Positions 9,066 through 19,034 of a stretch of 64,000 nt of DNA are shown one piece after another. The first letter of the stretch is position 1; each line of letters begins with the position of its first letter. Source of the DNA: an uncultured virus (IMG/VR IMGVR_UViG_3300042308_001603) (lineage: Duplodnaviria; Heunggongvirae; Uroviricota; Caudoviricetes); IMG/VR virus record IMGVR_UViG_3300042308_001603; one strand, written 5' to 3'. The position numbers and the translations under genes are program-made. The notes below the pieces were generated by a model. It was given only the letters and a program-made list of their open reading frames with translations, did no database searches and was not told where the DNA came from.

Positions 9066-10287
9066 AAATAAATTTATCTAATATTTGATTATTGTTATTA
9101 GTATCTAATATTGTTGTTTTAAATTGAATTTCTTCAATTTTATTTTTAAGTTCTTCTTCTGTGTTACATGTTAGGTATATTCTAGCTGCTACTTGACGTT
9201 CAGTTCCTAACATTTCATCTGTAATTATATCACCAACATTGAATCTTTGAGATACATAAAATATAGATGGATCTTCTTTGAATATATCAATCTTATTTAT
9301 AGTTCCAGATTTAACTAATATCCAAATTGTAGCATTAAATTTATTAAATGGATTATTGGTTTGTGTATCTTTAATACCTAATGCATAGTTAATTAAAAAT
9401 TTCTTTTGATCAAAACCAGTTACATTGTGTATATGGAGATCGGGGGCTTCACCTTGTAATCTAAATCCTGGGTCGTAGTAATAAAATTTATTATCTTTTA
9501 CAAATGCAGATATAGTAAATATAGCGTTTTTTACTTCTAATTCTTTTAATAAATCACACATATTTTTATAGTCAGTATCCATAAATAATTGAGCAAATTT
9601 AGATTGATATTTAGCTCCTAAACATACTTTACTTGCGTCTTTTTGTAATTTACAAGTATATCTGTCTGTCATTGCTGATAAAGATACTTTTCCTTCAATA
9701 ATGGTAAAATTCAACATTGTATCATTACAGTCCATGTATTCTTCTAGTAAGATATATTCACTGTTTGTTGAATTAAAAGCTTTAGATATTCCTACATTTA
9801 ATTCATCATGGTTATAAGCCACACTCATTCCTTGTCCTGAGTTTTTGTCTATAGGTTTTATAAAAATAGGGAATGTTAATTTTGTCCAAGGAAAAAGCGG
9901 ATAATGGGCTTTATATAATCTAGTTGAAGGAATACCTGATAAATTATATTTAGGTAGTATTTCATTAAATTTTCCTTTATTAGTAAGATAATCACAGGAC
10001 ATTTGATTTCCATAACAAGGAAGATTAAGTTTTTCACAAACCTGTTGATATGGTTGAATCAATCTATCTGCTATACCAACTAATACTCCATCTACTTTTT
10101 CCTCTAAACAAAATTTTACTAAACCATCTACATCCATTCCATTTATATTGATTCCTTTATCTGCAACTTTTTTTGCGGGAGCATTAGGGTCATGGTCAGT
10201 AACTATAGTATAAATTCCCATAGATTTAGCTGTATTAATAAGACGTATAGTTTCTGGGTTAGCCCCTAGGATTAATAGTTTTTTCAT
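9058..10287 (-). CDS. ATP-grasp domain ligase
   Basis: LLILGA, NKGKF, FPIFIKPIDKNSGQG, LLEEYM, RLQG. Confidence 0.85.
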   Translation of the reverse strand: MKKLLILGANPETIRLINTAKSMGIYTIVTDHDPNAPAKKVADKGININGMDVDGLVKFCLEEKVDGVLVGIADRLIQPYQQVCEKLNLPCYGNQMSCDYLTNKGKFNEILPKYNLSGIPSTRLYKAHYPLFPWTKLTFPIFIKPIDKNSGQGMSVAYNHDELNVGISKAFNSTNSEYILLEEYMDCNDTMLNFTIIEGKVSLSAMTDRYTCKLQKDASKVCLGAKYQSKFAQLFMDTDYKNMCDLLKELEVKNAIFTISAFVKDNKFYYYDPGFRLQGEAPDLHIHNVTGFDQKKFLINYALGIKDTQTNNPFNKFNATIWILVKSGTINKIDIFKEDPSIFYVSQRFNVGDIITDEMLGTERQVAARIYLTCNTEEELKNKIEEIQFKTTILDTNNNNQILDKFIYE

Positions 10288-10288
10288 T

Positions 10289-11209
10289 TTATAAATTATA
10301 TTTTTCTTTTAACCAAACATAACAATCTTCAATAAACTTTTTTGCTTGAGTGGGTTGAGTAACTTCTTCATAGTGTTTTATATTAGGTATAACTTGACCC
10401 ATAGTAGATATAGCTCTAGGTAAATCATCTAATCCAACTGCTATACCATATTTAGAGCACCATATTTCATTTAACCATTTTTCCTTACTAAATTTTATTC
10501 CTTCATATTCAGATTTAGGAATAACTATAGATTTACATCCACACATTGCTGCTAGTACTGAGGTATGAGTAAATGGGGTATAACTAATAAAATATTCCAT
10601 TTGATTAAATAATTCTGAATAGAATTTCATTTTTTCAGAATCCGGGATATTATATAGTATTGAATCTATGCATAAATCTTCAGGTTTATGAATTACTCTT
10701 TCAGGTTCTTCATTTATATTTAAATTTCCTTTCATTAAATAGCAAGTTCCTTTTCTTTTTAATCCACGATCATAAAATAAATGATGATTTGATTCAATAA
10801 CAGAAAGCTCTCCATCTATTTTTTGATTATCTAATACTCTCCAATACTTGTGGTAAGTATAAAGTTTATTATCTTCAGGATACATTCTTGATTGATTATT
10901 TACTAACCACCTAACTATATTAGGAGCATTTTTTAAACACTCAGGAATATTATGTTCAAATGTGTGTTCTCCATCTCCAGCAATAATTATTACTATTGTG
11001 TTTTTAGGATCAAACTCTATATCTGTTTTCCAAGGTATACAAGTTACGTTATATTTTGGATTTGTTGAATTAGCATATAAATAAACATTTTCTCCTAATA
11101 ATGATAATTGATTAGCTAAAATATGAGGAACAATGGCTCCTCCAATATAACTAACATAGTCAGGAAATGGAGAAAATATTACAAAATTAATATCAAATTC
11201 TTTATTCAT
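10289..11209 (-). CDS. Putative glycosyltransferase-like protein (WavQ-like)
   Basis: GG...H.LA start, VRWL, FISY...T..SVLAAMCGC..IVIP. Confidence 0.55.
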   Translation of the reverse strand: MNKEFDINFVIFSPFPDYVSYIGGAIVPHILANQLSLLGENVYLYANSTNPKYNVTCIPWKTDIEFDPKNTIVIIIAGDGEHTFEHNIPECLKNAPNIVRWLVNNQSRMYPEDNKLYTYHKYWRVLDNQKIDGELSVIESNHHLFYDRGLKRKGTCYLMKGNLNINEEPERVIHKPEDLCIDSILYNIPDSEKMKFYSELFNQMEYFISYTPFTHTSVLAAMCGCKSIVIPKSEYEGIKFSKEKWLNEIWCSKYGIAVGLDDLPRAISTMGQVIPNIKHYEEVTQPTQAKKFIEDCYVWLKEKYNL

Positions 11210-11852
11210 GGTTTTTTGTATAAATTGGAAATTGTGACAAATCTGGGTATGGTAATTCTAAATCAGCATTATGTTTTGGTTTTCCTTCTCCATTATAAAA
11301 CTGTCCTATTAATAATAACCCACGTGCTGCTAATTCAGGCATCATATAAAAATTCCATCCTAGCATATCTAAATTATCATCATGATAAGAACATTCTCTT
11401 CTTCCTGAATATCTTGCTCTTTTAAACCATAAATTAGCATCATAATTATCTGTTAATATAGCTCCACCTTTACTTAATTTAAAATGTTTGTATGGGCCTG
11501 TAAAACTAATACACATATGTTGGTTTGGTTTGTACATATCTGTTGTAAATGATAAAGCAGAGTCCCAAACATTAGATCCTTCTAATTGATAAGAGCCTTT
11601 AATTGTTCTTCCTTCAACTTGTCTAAATTTAACTTTCAAACCAGCATGAATAATTTCACATGGTACTGAAGGGTAAGTTCTGTTTGGGATAGTGATTGAA
11701 TCTGTTTTTATACTTTTATTTACATAATGTTCATAATATAAAGCTAAAAACAAAGCATTACTTTGATTATCTACAGTTACTACATAAGGAGCTCCTGTGT
11801 ATTCAGCTAAACGTCTTTCAAACTCATTAGTTATATCGTATACATTTTTCAT
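11202..11852 (-). CDS. DegT/DnrJ/EryC1/StrS-family sugar aminotransferase (short form)
   Basis: FERRLAEYTGAPYVV, DSA, SF...K...GGAILTD, GWNFYM. Confidence 0.85.
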   Translation of the reverse strand: MKNVYDITNEFERRLAEYTGAPYVVTVDNQSNALFLALYYEHYVNKSIKTDSITIPNRTYPSVPCEIIHAGLKVKFRQVEGRTIKGSYQLEGSNVWDSALSFTTDMYKPNQHMCISFTGPYKHFKLSKGGAILTDNYDANLWFKRARYSGRRECSYHDDNLDMLGWNFYMMPELAARGLLLIGQFYNGEGKPKHNADLELPYPDLSQFPIYTKNHE

Positions 11853-12661
11853 ATTAAATTATTTAGATTAAATATTTCTTTTATTTTATCAACTACACGT
11901 TGTTCATTATTTGTGTAATTAAGAGCTAATTGATAATTATGTTCTATAGCATCTTTTCTTAATTCATACATTTCTGGGGTTAATATATTTGAAATATAAA
12001 TTAGATCATCTACATTCTCAAATTTAAAAAATCCAGGTTCATAAAAATAATTGTATATGTTTGAACAACCCCAATATATAGGAATAGTTTTAAGTAAAAA
12101 ACAATCTATTAATTTTTCTGAAAAATATCCTCTATGAGAAAAATTTTCAATTACTACTCCATATTGAGAATTTCCAAATACTGTTTCTTTATCATTACCT
12201 ACAGTTTCTAGATTATGTCTATCTCCTATTGTTTTATAAAAGTTAGTAGAGATTTTAAATTCATTTTCTCTAGCTAGAATTTCATGACGCATTGAATGTC
12301 CGTAGGATTTATTTAAAATTCCACATAAATGAGATAATTTAAATTCTTTATTATGTTCTTTTTGGTAGTGTTCTTCTTTTAAAAATGTAAATCCAAAAGG
12401 TAAATATACTGCATTTTCACAATTATTTAATACTTTATCATTATATGTTAATATAAAAGAAAATAAATTTTTATTTTGGATAGCCCAATCATGTAAACCA
12501 AAATATTCATTTGGTTCTACAAGAACTAATATATTAATTGAAGATAATTCTTCTTTGTTTTTAGGAGAACAATCTAAAAATAATGAAAAATCTATGTGTT
12601 CTATATCTTTTAATTTAGGTATAAACCGTTTTTCATCGTTAAAATCTATAAATAGTTTCAT
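11849..12661 (-). CDS. GT10 (fucosyltransferase-like) glycosyltransferase
   Basis: VIEN...GYFSEKLIDCFLLKTIPIYWG. Confidence 0.8.
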   Translation of the reverse strand: MKLFIDFNDEKRFIPKLKDIEHIDFSLFLDCSPKNKEELSSINILVLVEPNEYFGLHDWAIQNKNLFSFILTYNDKVLNNCENAVYLPFGFTFLKEEHYQKEHNKEFKLSHLCGILNKSYGHSMRHEILARENEFKISTNFYKTIGDRHNLETVGNDKETVFGNSQYGVVIENFSHRGYFSEKLIDCFLLKTIPIYWGCSNIYNYFYEPGFFKFENVDDLIYISNILTPEMYELRKDAIEHNYQLALNYTNNEQRVVDKIKEIFNLNNLI

Positions 12662-13185
12662 TACTTTACTGCTAATATATTTAAACTCATTAGTATTCCA
12701 TTTTCTTTATCCATGTGAGGTAAATATGATTTACTATAATCATCTCCTGGATAGTCTTCTGTGTTCCATTCTAAGATAGAAGTATAACCTATGTTTCTTA
12801 AATCGTTAGATAAAGTATGATAATCAAAAGTAATGTAATGATAATTTTCATCATAATCTTGACCACCATAAAGAAGACCAATTAGTGATTTTAAATCACC
12901 TGTTTTGGTATAATACGAACAAATAGAACTAAAATTAGGTATTGCTAAACGTAATTGTCCTCCTGGTTTTAGAATTTCAAACCAACGTTTAAGTACTTCT
13001 TTATATTCCCACCTACCAAAATGTTCTAAAACATGGCAAGCATAAATTTCATCTACTGAGTTTTCTTTATAGTTTCGTAAAAAACGAATGTTATTTACTT
13101 CATCTACACCTGGAAGGTATCTAATATCAATATTAGTGTAACCGTCAAGATGTTTTGTTCCACAACCTAAATGTAATTTTTTCAT
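12661..13185 (-). CDS. SAM-dependent methyltransferase
   Basis: LHLGCG, HVLEH, ILKPGG. Confidence 0.88.
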   Translation of the reverse strand: MKKLHLGCGTKHLDGYTNIDIRYLPGVDEVNNIRFLRNYKENSVDEIYACHVLEHFGRWEYKEVLKRWFEILKPGGQLRLAIPNFSSICSYYTKTGDLKSLIGLLYGGQDYDENYHYITFDYHTLSNDLRNIGYTSILEWNTEDYPGDDYSKSYLPHMDKENGILMSLNILAVK

Positions 13186-13189
13186 AACC

Positions 13190-13220
13190 TAAATATATAA
13201 ATTTAATTTAAGATTTCCAA
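13190..13220 (-). promoter_or_regulatory. Promoter TTGG-N19-TATATTTA, 4 nt before the ATG
   Basis: Consensus match; 19-bp identity (13179..13197 = 15563..15581) with the promoter/start of 14940..15569. Confidence 0.6.
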
Positions 13221-14063
13221 ATTTTTATCAATCATATCAAACATTTCTTTTGGTTTTTCATGACCTATAAAATGAATAACTTTAGATTTTTTAAGGTGTT
13301 CCATATCTACCCAGTATGGGAAAACATAGTATTCACTTGGGTTTAATAATTGATGATTAGGACTAATAGCATTCATTAATGAATGAAATGATTGTTCTTG
13401 AGTGTCTAGAATTGTTCTTGTCCACCCTGTTTTTTCAGTCCCATCTTCATTGTATATTCCTGAAAAATCAAAACAATTTATCAACATATTGAATGTTGTT
13501 GGGTTTAAGAATTCATCAAATATTTTTAAATCAATCCCTTGAAACCCAGCATTTATTCCTATATTCTGGTATTTGACTATATTTTGTTGAAATAAATCAG
13601 ACAATGATTTAGCTAATGCTTTATCGCATCCTGAATTTGCAGGTTCAACTATACTAAAAGGTGTTTTGGTTGTTAAGAATTCTTTTAATTGAGTTAAATC
13701 ATCACTATTAAATAAAACATCGTATTCTATATTTAAAACATAATCATAAGAAAATACTCTTCTTAAATAATGGTTAATTAAAATATGATAAAAATGAATA
13801 AAATTAGGAATTTTAGAAATTAATTCTTCGTTTCCATATTCACTATTTTTTAAATAGCTACTCATATCTTCTTTAGAGTACCAAAAACATTTATAAGGTA
13901 GTTCATCTATTTTTTTAGACCATTCATCTTTATAATCTGGTTGGTCTAATATAATATGAAATTCAAACTCAATTCCAGGAAAAAATTTATGTAATTGAAA
14001 CATAGTATAATATTCCAATTTACCTTTTTTGTGCCAAAGGCGAGCTACAGGGATTTTATTCAT
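13203..14063 (-). CDS. Putative glycosyltransferase (GT8-like)
   Basis: IEYDVLF, INAGF, EQS, VIHFIGHEKP resemble GT8 motifs. Confidence 0.55.
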   Translation of the reverse strand: MNKIPVARLWHKKGKLEYYTMFQLHKFFPGIEFEFHIILDQPDYKDEWSKKIDELPYKCFWYSKEDMSSYLKNSEYGNEELISKIPNFIHFYHILINHYLRRVFSYDYVLNIEYDVLFNSDDLTQLKEFLTTKTPFSIVEPANSGCDKALAKSLSDLFQQNIVKYQNIGINAGFQGIDLKIFDEFLNPTTFNMLINCFDFSGIYNEDGTEKTGWTRTILDTQEQSFHSLMNAISPNHQLLNPSEYYVFPYWVDMEHLKKSKVIHFIGHEKPKEMFDMIDKNLEILN

Positions 14064-14953
14064 TATTTAAAGTATTTATCTAAATATTCATGTAAACATA
14101 CTTTCCAGTTTCTCATATAATTTCTTCCTAAATCATTTAATGCTTTATTTATTAATTTTTCTGAGTATGGGCGTGGGGCAAAATATTCTGTGTTGAAGTG
14201 AGTACTATCTACTTTATGTATTGTTAATCCTAAATTAAGATATTCATTAATAGCAATTGCTGTTTCATATCTGCTAGCTTCACCTTGACTCACCATATTA
14301 TACAATCCATAAGGTAATTCTTCTTCTATGTGTTTCAAAATTGAACTAGCAAAATCTTTAGTATAAGTAGGTACTCCTAATTTATCATCTACAACAAATA
14401 ATTCTTTAGCTCCTGATTTAACTTGTTTCATAATTTTATTAACAAATTTTTTATCTTTTTCAGGACCACCCCCCATCATCCATCCTGCTCTGAATATCCA
14501 GTATTTGGAGTAGTTTTGGTTTAGTAAAAGTTGTTCAGTAAAATATTTACTTTTACCATAAGCACTTAGTGGATATGGTTGATCTTCTTCTGTATAAAAT
14601 TCTTTATCATTACCAAATATACCTGCTGTACTTATAAACACATATGGAATGTTTAAATCTTTAGCTAGATTGAATAAATGAATAGCAGCAACTGTATTTG
14701 TTGAATAACAATCGTCTTGGTTTTTTTCACAATATTCTAAATCTACTAATGCTGCAAAATTTAGAATTATGTCTGGTTGGTATTCTTTAATTAGATTAGT
14801 TGTGTATTGTAGGTCTCTAATATCACACCAACTAATATTTTCTGATGTTTCTTTATCTGTGAGTAGGAAATCTTTAGTATCAACAATACTTTGTAAAGTA
14901 GTACCTAGCATCCCGTTAGCTCCAGCTATAAAGATTTTTTTATATTGTTTCAT
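14063..14953 (-). CDS. rmlD: dTDP-4-dehydrorhamnose reductase family
   Basis: GANGMLG, YGKSK, VVDDKLGVPTY, APRP. Confidence 0.88.
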   Translation of the reverse strand: MKQYKKIFIAGANGMLGTTLQSIVDTKDFLLTDKETSENISWCDIRDLQYTTNLIKEYQPDIILNFAALVDLEYCEKNQDDCYSTNTVAAIHLFNLAKDLNIPYVFISTAGIFGNDKEFYTEEDQPYPLSAYGKSKYFTEQLLLNQNYSKYWIFRAGWMMGGGPEKDKKFVNKIMKQVKSGAKELFVVDDKLGVPTYTKDFASSILKHIEEELPYGLYNMVSQGEASRYETAIAINEYLNLGLTIHKVDSTHFNTEYFAPRPYSEKLINKALNDLGRNYMRNWKVCLHEYLDKYFK

Positions 14954-15569
14954 AGTAATTATTTTGTTTTTCTTGTTTTTCTATATTTTTAGGATGATAC
15001 AAGCACCAAACCTCTTCAGCTGGTAATGGGGAAAATGTTTTAGTACCAGTTATTCTTTCATGTACTTTACCTTCCCATTTTATTTCAGGAGATTTTTTAT
15101 AGATTCGTGTTTGATAGTCAGGAAAATTAACCCAACCTTTTTCATCCACATTCCATCTCCATTTAATAATATGTTCTTGAGTAAGTCCTTCTACTGTGTT
15201 TATTCTAGGAACAAAAAATAAATCTACTTCTGAATTTTGTTCTAACATTAATGGTAAAATTTTTACTAAGTCAGTGTGAGGTAATTCATCAGCATCAATT
15301 TGGAAAATATAATTACCTGAACAATAAGAAGCTAATTTGTTTTTCCAATCAGCAAAGTGTCCTTCAAACTTATCTGCCCATACTGTCATATGATCCATAT
15401 TATGCATCTCATAATGACGTAGTGTTGATACTAATTCATCAGTAGCTTTAGTTGTATCCATTAACACAATGATTTCATCATGTTCTTTTTTTTCAGATAA
15501 TAAAAAATCAAGTAAACGTTGTATTTCCTTAAGTTCATTACATACTGTAATTGCATAACTAATTTTCAT
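14940..15569 (-). CDS. Glycosyltransferase family 2
   Basis: FQIDADE, FPDYQTRIY, WEGKVHE. Confidence 0.85.
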   Translation of the reverse strand: MKISYAITVCNELKEIQRLLDFLLSEKKEHDEIIVLMDTTKATDELVSTLRHYEMHNMDHMTVWADKFEGHFADWKNKLASYCSGNYIFQIDADELPHTDLVKILPLMLEQNSEVDLFFVPRINTVEGLTQEHIIKWRWNVDEKGWVNFPDYQTRIYKKSPEIKWEGKVHERITGTKTFSPLPAEEVWCLYHPKNIEKQEKQNNYYETI

Positions 15570-15585
15570 AACCTAAATATAAGAA

Positions 15586-16044
15586 TTATTCTGGTAAAAC
15601 CCCAATGTAAGATAAAGCTTCCATAAATTCTTTCATTTCAAAAGGCTTTATAGTAGACATATCCATTCTCCATTCATAGAATTCTCCTGGTTTGCCTTTA
15701 ATTGGGTATTTTTCTTTTTCTGCTTCTAGTACTTCAACTGCTTTTACAGCGGCCCATTTAGCATTTTCTTTATTTGTGCCATTGTAAAACACCATACCTT
15801 GTTGAGGTAAATTGATTGTAGTAGGCATCCACATTAAACCATCCTCGTCTTTAAACATTACGTCTTTATAGATTTCAGGTAGGACTTCTAATTGTTGAGC
15901 ATAGAATTCTTCACCTTCTTTCATTAAAGAATTGCTGGTATATCCACATCCGAAGCAGCTATAAGTTTTGATGATGTCTGAGTTTTCGGTTACATAGCAA
16001 GCATCTGATCCACAGTGCTTGCATGTTATTAAGTTATCGTTCAT
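15586..16044 (-). CDS. Hypothetical protein with N-terminal zinc ribbon
   Basis: CKHC...CFGC. Confidence 0.75.
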   Translation of the reverse strand: MNDNLITCKHCGSDACYVTENSDIIKTYSCFGCGYTSNSLMKEGEEFYAQQLEVLPEIYKDVMFKDEDGLMWMPTTINLPQQGMVFYNGTNKENAKWAAVKAVEVLEAEKEKYPIKGKPGEFYEWRMDMSTIKPFEMKEFMEALSYIGVLPE

Positions 16045-16045
16045 T

Positions 16046-17350
16046 TTATATTTTAGTTAATTTTGGTAATTCAATTTTTTTAAGTTGAGGTAATTTTAAT
16101 TGTACTTGTTTAGGAAAATCAGGTACTTTACTTAATTGTTCATTTACAACTTCTTTCATAGCATTAAAACAATGTTTTTCCTTATTGTATTCACCTTGCT
16201 TACGAGCACCTGGTAAATAATCATCATAGTTTTTAAATACATTCATTAATGCTTCACCTACCTCAGGTGGATTAACATTAAACCAAGAACTTTCTTTAAG
16301 TAGGAATTGATTTGCTACTGCTGGGTGTACTGGTTTTAATTCACCATTTAATAAAACATTATTTTTGTAATGTAAGAAATCTGTGTGACCACTCCAATTT
16401 GTAGTAATAATTGGTTTTTTAACTAAACTAAACTCAAGTAATGGACGACCAAAACCTTCACCTTTAGTTAATGAAACCATTGCTTTTACTTTTGGGTTAT
16501 TATATAGCTCATTTATTTCAGTATCTGTAAATTCACCATGTAATAAATAAACATTTGGTAAATCTTTACTATTTATTGTTTTTTTAATAACGTCTATATT
16601 TCTTAATATAGCATCTCTATCCATGTATGAACTAACAGCTCCAGATGTTTTTAATATTAATGCTGGTTTATTTAATTTGTTTTTGAATGTTTCAAAGAAT
16701 GCTTTAATTAATAGTCCAACATTTTTTCTATCTTCACCAAGTGGTGAATTTAAGTTAATCCAATGTCCTACAAATAAATAAGCAAATGATTCTTTAATTG
16801 GACTTAAATCAATACTAGTTAATTCTTTAGGATCAAGTATTTTATATTTATCTAAATCAGCTCCTTCAAAAATAACCTCCATTGGTTTTTCCAATTGAAC
16901 TAATCCTATTACTCTACCTTGTTGATCTTTCTTTTCAAACTTAGTATCTTCAAATACTTTTTTAGAGTGTTTTGATGATACCCAAGTAATATTCATTCTA
17001 TTTACTCCTTCAAGCCATTCAGGAGGACAAATTGTTGTTTCAATACCTGCTGTAATACCAATATTGTATTTTCCTATTGGTTGAAATTCATTAGGTACAG
17101 TTATTTGAGCCCAAATATCTGGTTGTTGAGTTAATTGTGGTTGAGGTAAAAAATATTGTGATAAAAATCCCCATTCAGGGTTATCATTAATAAATCCCCA
17201 ACTACAATCACCCCAACGTTGAGGCATTATTTGTATATTCCATTCATCTTTTTTTAATTCAATGATGGATTTAACTAAGTCACGAGAGCGAGCTCCATAC
17301 CCTGAGTAGGTATCTATGGGGCAGCTAATTATAAAAAGTGGTTTATTCAT
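16046..17350 (-). CDS. Glycosyltransferase family 4 (GT-B)
   Basis: SGYG, RKNVGLLIKAF, GEGFGRPLLE. Confidence 0.88.
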   Translation of the reverse strand: MNKPLFIISCPIDTYSGYGARSRDLVKSIIELKKDEWNIQIMPQRWGDCSWGFINDNPEWGFLSQYFLPQPQLTQQPDIWAQITVPNEFQPIGKYNIGITAGIETTICPPEWLEGVNRMNITWVSSKHSKKVFEDTKFEKKDQQGRVIGLVQLEKPMEVIFEGADLDKYKILDPKELTSIDLSPIKESFAYLFVGHWINLNSPLGEDRKNVGLLIKAFFETFKNKLNKPALILKTSGAVSSYMDRDAILRNIDVIKKTINSKDLPNVYLLHGEFTDTEINELYNNPKVKAMVSLTKGEGFGRPLLEFSLVKKPIITTNWSGHTDFLHYKNNVLLNGELKPVHPAVANQFLLKESSWFNVNPPEVGEALMNVFKNYDDYLPGARKQGEYNKEKHCFNAMKEVVNEQLSKVPDFPKQVQLKLPQLKKIELPKLTKI

Positions 17351-17360
17351 AGATTTTATT

Positions 17361-18812
17361 TTAATAAGTTAATTTATGGTTACGAGATACATCTAATTTA
17401 TGAGTTGTAGCATTTATAAGTTCATATTTTTCTCTTGGTTTCCAAGTTGAAAATAAATCATCTAAAGCATTTATTACTCTTCTAGCTTGATGTTTGCTTG
17501 TAAATCCTGCTTCATCACTTATAGCCCATTCTCTACCTTCTAAACCAAGTTGTTTTCTCATGTCTGGAGATAAATAATACACTTTTTCTATTTGAGCAAC
17601 TACATCTTCCGGAGCAACTCTATCTGCTGATATATAAGGTGTTTGAGGAGATCCTTGAATCGATATACTTGCTGGATAAACTGGGAATGCCCAATCACCA
17701 TGTTTTTTAAATGTACCTCTATGGTTTGAAGGAAAATCTACATTAAAATCAATCCAATTACCTTTTTCATCTTCAAAACGCATTTGGTCTTGCATTCCAC
17801 CTTGACAATTAGCTATAATTGGTTTACCAGCTAACATTGCTTCAGTTAAACTTAATCCCCAACCCTCATTATCTGTAATCAATATTTGAGCATCAGACAT
17901 ATTGTATAACCAATTCATTTGTTCTGCTCCTACTCCTTGTTGGTGGAATATAACGTTGTTTGGATAATTTTCAAACAAATATTCTTTTACAGCATTTAAA
18001 TCAGTTCCATGTTCACTTACTATTTCAGTGTGAAGTAATATAGCACATTTATCTGCTTCTTCTTTAGGTAAACCATCTAAAAACATTCTAAATGCTAATA
18101 GTGTGTCTGGTATTTGTTTACGGCGAATATTTCTTGAATTAAAAAATAAAACAAAACTATATTCTTTATCACCTAATACTTGTTTTTTAAACTCTTTATA
18201 TTCTTTATACTTAGCGTATTCAGGAGTAATAGGGAAATATGTTTCTTCATTTAAACCATGAGGAATATATTTAATGATTTTGTTTTTTGCTTTATCACCT
18301 AAAACAACTTCATTTATGTTTTTGGTTTGTTTAGAGATTGACAATAAAACATCACACGATTCATAAAATACTTTATTCCATAATGGATAAGGAAATGGAC
18401 TATCCCAAATATTTAAATAAATAATAGGCATTTTTTTCCTAATTTCATTTTCAATATTAAATAACCAAGTAAAATACCTAGGATCTGTAATTAAAAATAT
18501 AGCATCTGGTTTTTCCATAGCAATTAATTGACGAATAAAAGTTGTATCACCATATCCATCAGTTGGATAAATCATTACTGATGAATCATCTATTCCTGCT
18601 ACTTTATTTGTTTCAGCAGATACATCAAATCTTTTTCCTTTATCTGGGTGTTGTATAGCTCCTGCTATATTAATCCAATTGAAATGATGTGCTGTGCCTA
18701 ATACTATTTCTTTAGCTACTGTTGCTACTCCACTAAATGCTCGAATATCGTCGCATATAAGAAGTATTTTTTTCCTCTTGCTCTGAGGTAAATAATCAAA
18801 ACTGTCTTTCAT
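17361..18812 (-). CDS. Glycosyltransferase family 4 (GT-B)
   Basis: IPHG, RNIRRK, EGWGLSLTEAM. Confidence 0.88.
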   Translation of the reverse strand: MKDSFDYLPQSKRKKILLICDDIRAFSGVATVAKEIVLGTAHHFNWINIAGAIQHPDKGKRFDVSAETNKVAGIDDSSVMIYPTDGYGDTTFIRQLIAMEKPDAIFLITDPRYFTWLFNIENEIRKKMPIIYLNIWDSPFPYPLWNKVFYESCDVLLSISKQTKNINEVVLGDKAKNKIIKYIPHGLNEETYFPITPEYAKYKEYKEFKKQVLGDKEYSFVLFFNSRNIRRKQIPDTLLAFRMFLDGLPKEEADKCAILLHTEIVSEHGTDLNAVKEYLFENYPNNVIFHQQGVGAEQMNWLYNMSDAQILITDNEGWGLSLTEAMLAGKPIIANCQGGMQDQMRFEDEKGNWIDFNVDFPSNHRGTFKKHGDWAFPVYPASISIQGSPQTPYISADRVAPEDVVAQIEKVYYLSPDMRKQLGLEGREWAISDEAGFTSKHQARRVINALDDLFSTWKPREKYELINATTHKLDVSRNHKLTY

Positions 18813-18820
18813 AACGGGTT

Positions 18821-19003
18821 TTAGTCTTTGGTTTTTAAATTGGTTACTTGTTTTCTAAAATTTTCATCGTTAAGATATAAATCCATTGCTCGATTTACAA
18901 GTTTATTTAACGAGAATTTTCTTTTTACACACTCTATTTTAAAAGTATCGAATAGTGTTTTGTCGACTTTTACTGAGGTTAATTGTTCTTTGTTTTCTTC
19001 CAT
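18821..19003 (-). CDS. Ribbon-helix-helix-like small DNA-binding protein
   Basis: LTSVKVDKTLFDTFK...SLNKLVNRAMDLY; start trimmed to MEENK. Confidence 0.65.
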   Translation of the reverse strand: MEENKEQLTSVKVDKTLFDTFKIECVKRKFSLNKLVNRAMDLYLNDENFRKQVTNLKTKD

Positions 19004-19034
19004 AACATATTGTTTATATATACATATATGCGTA

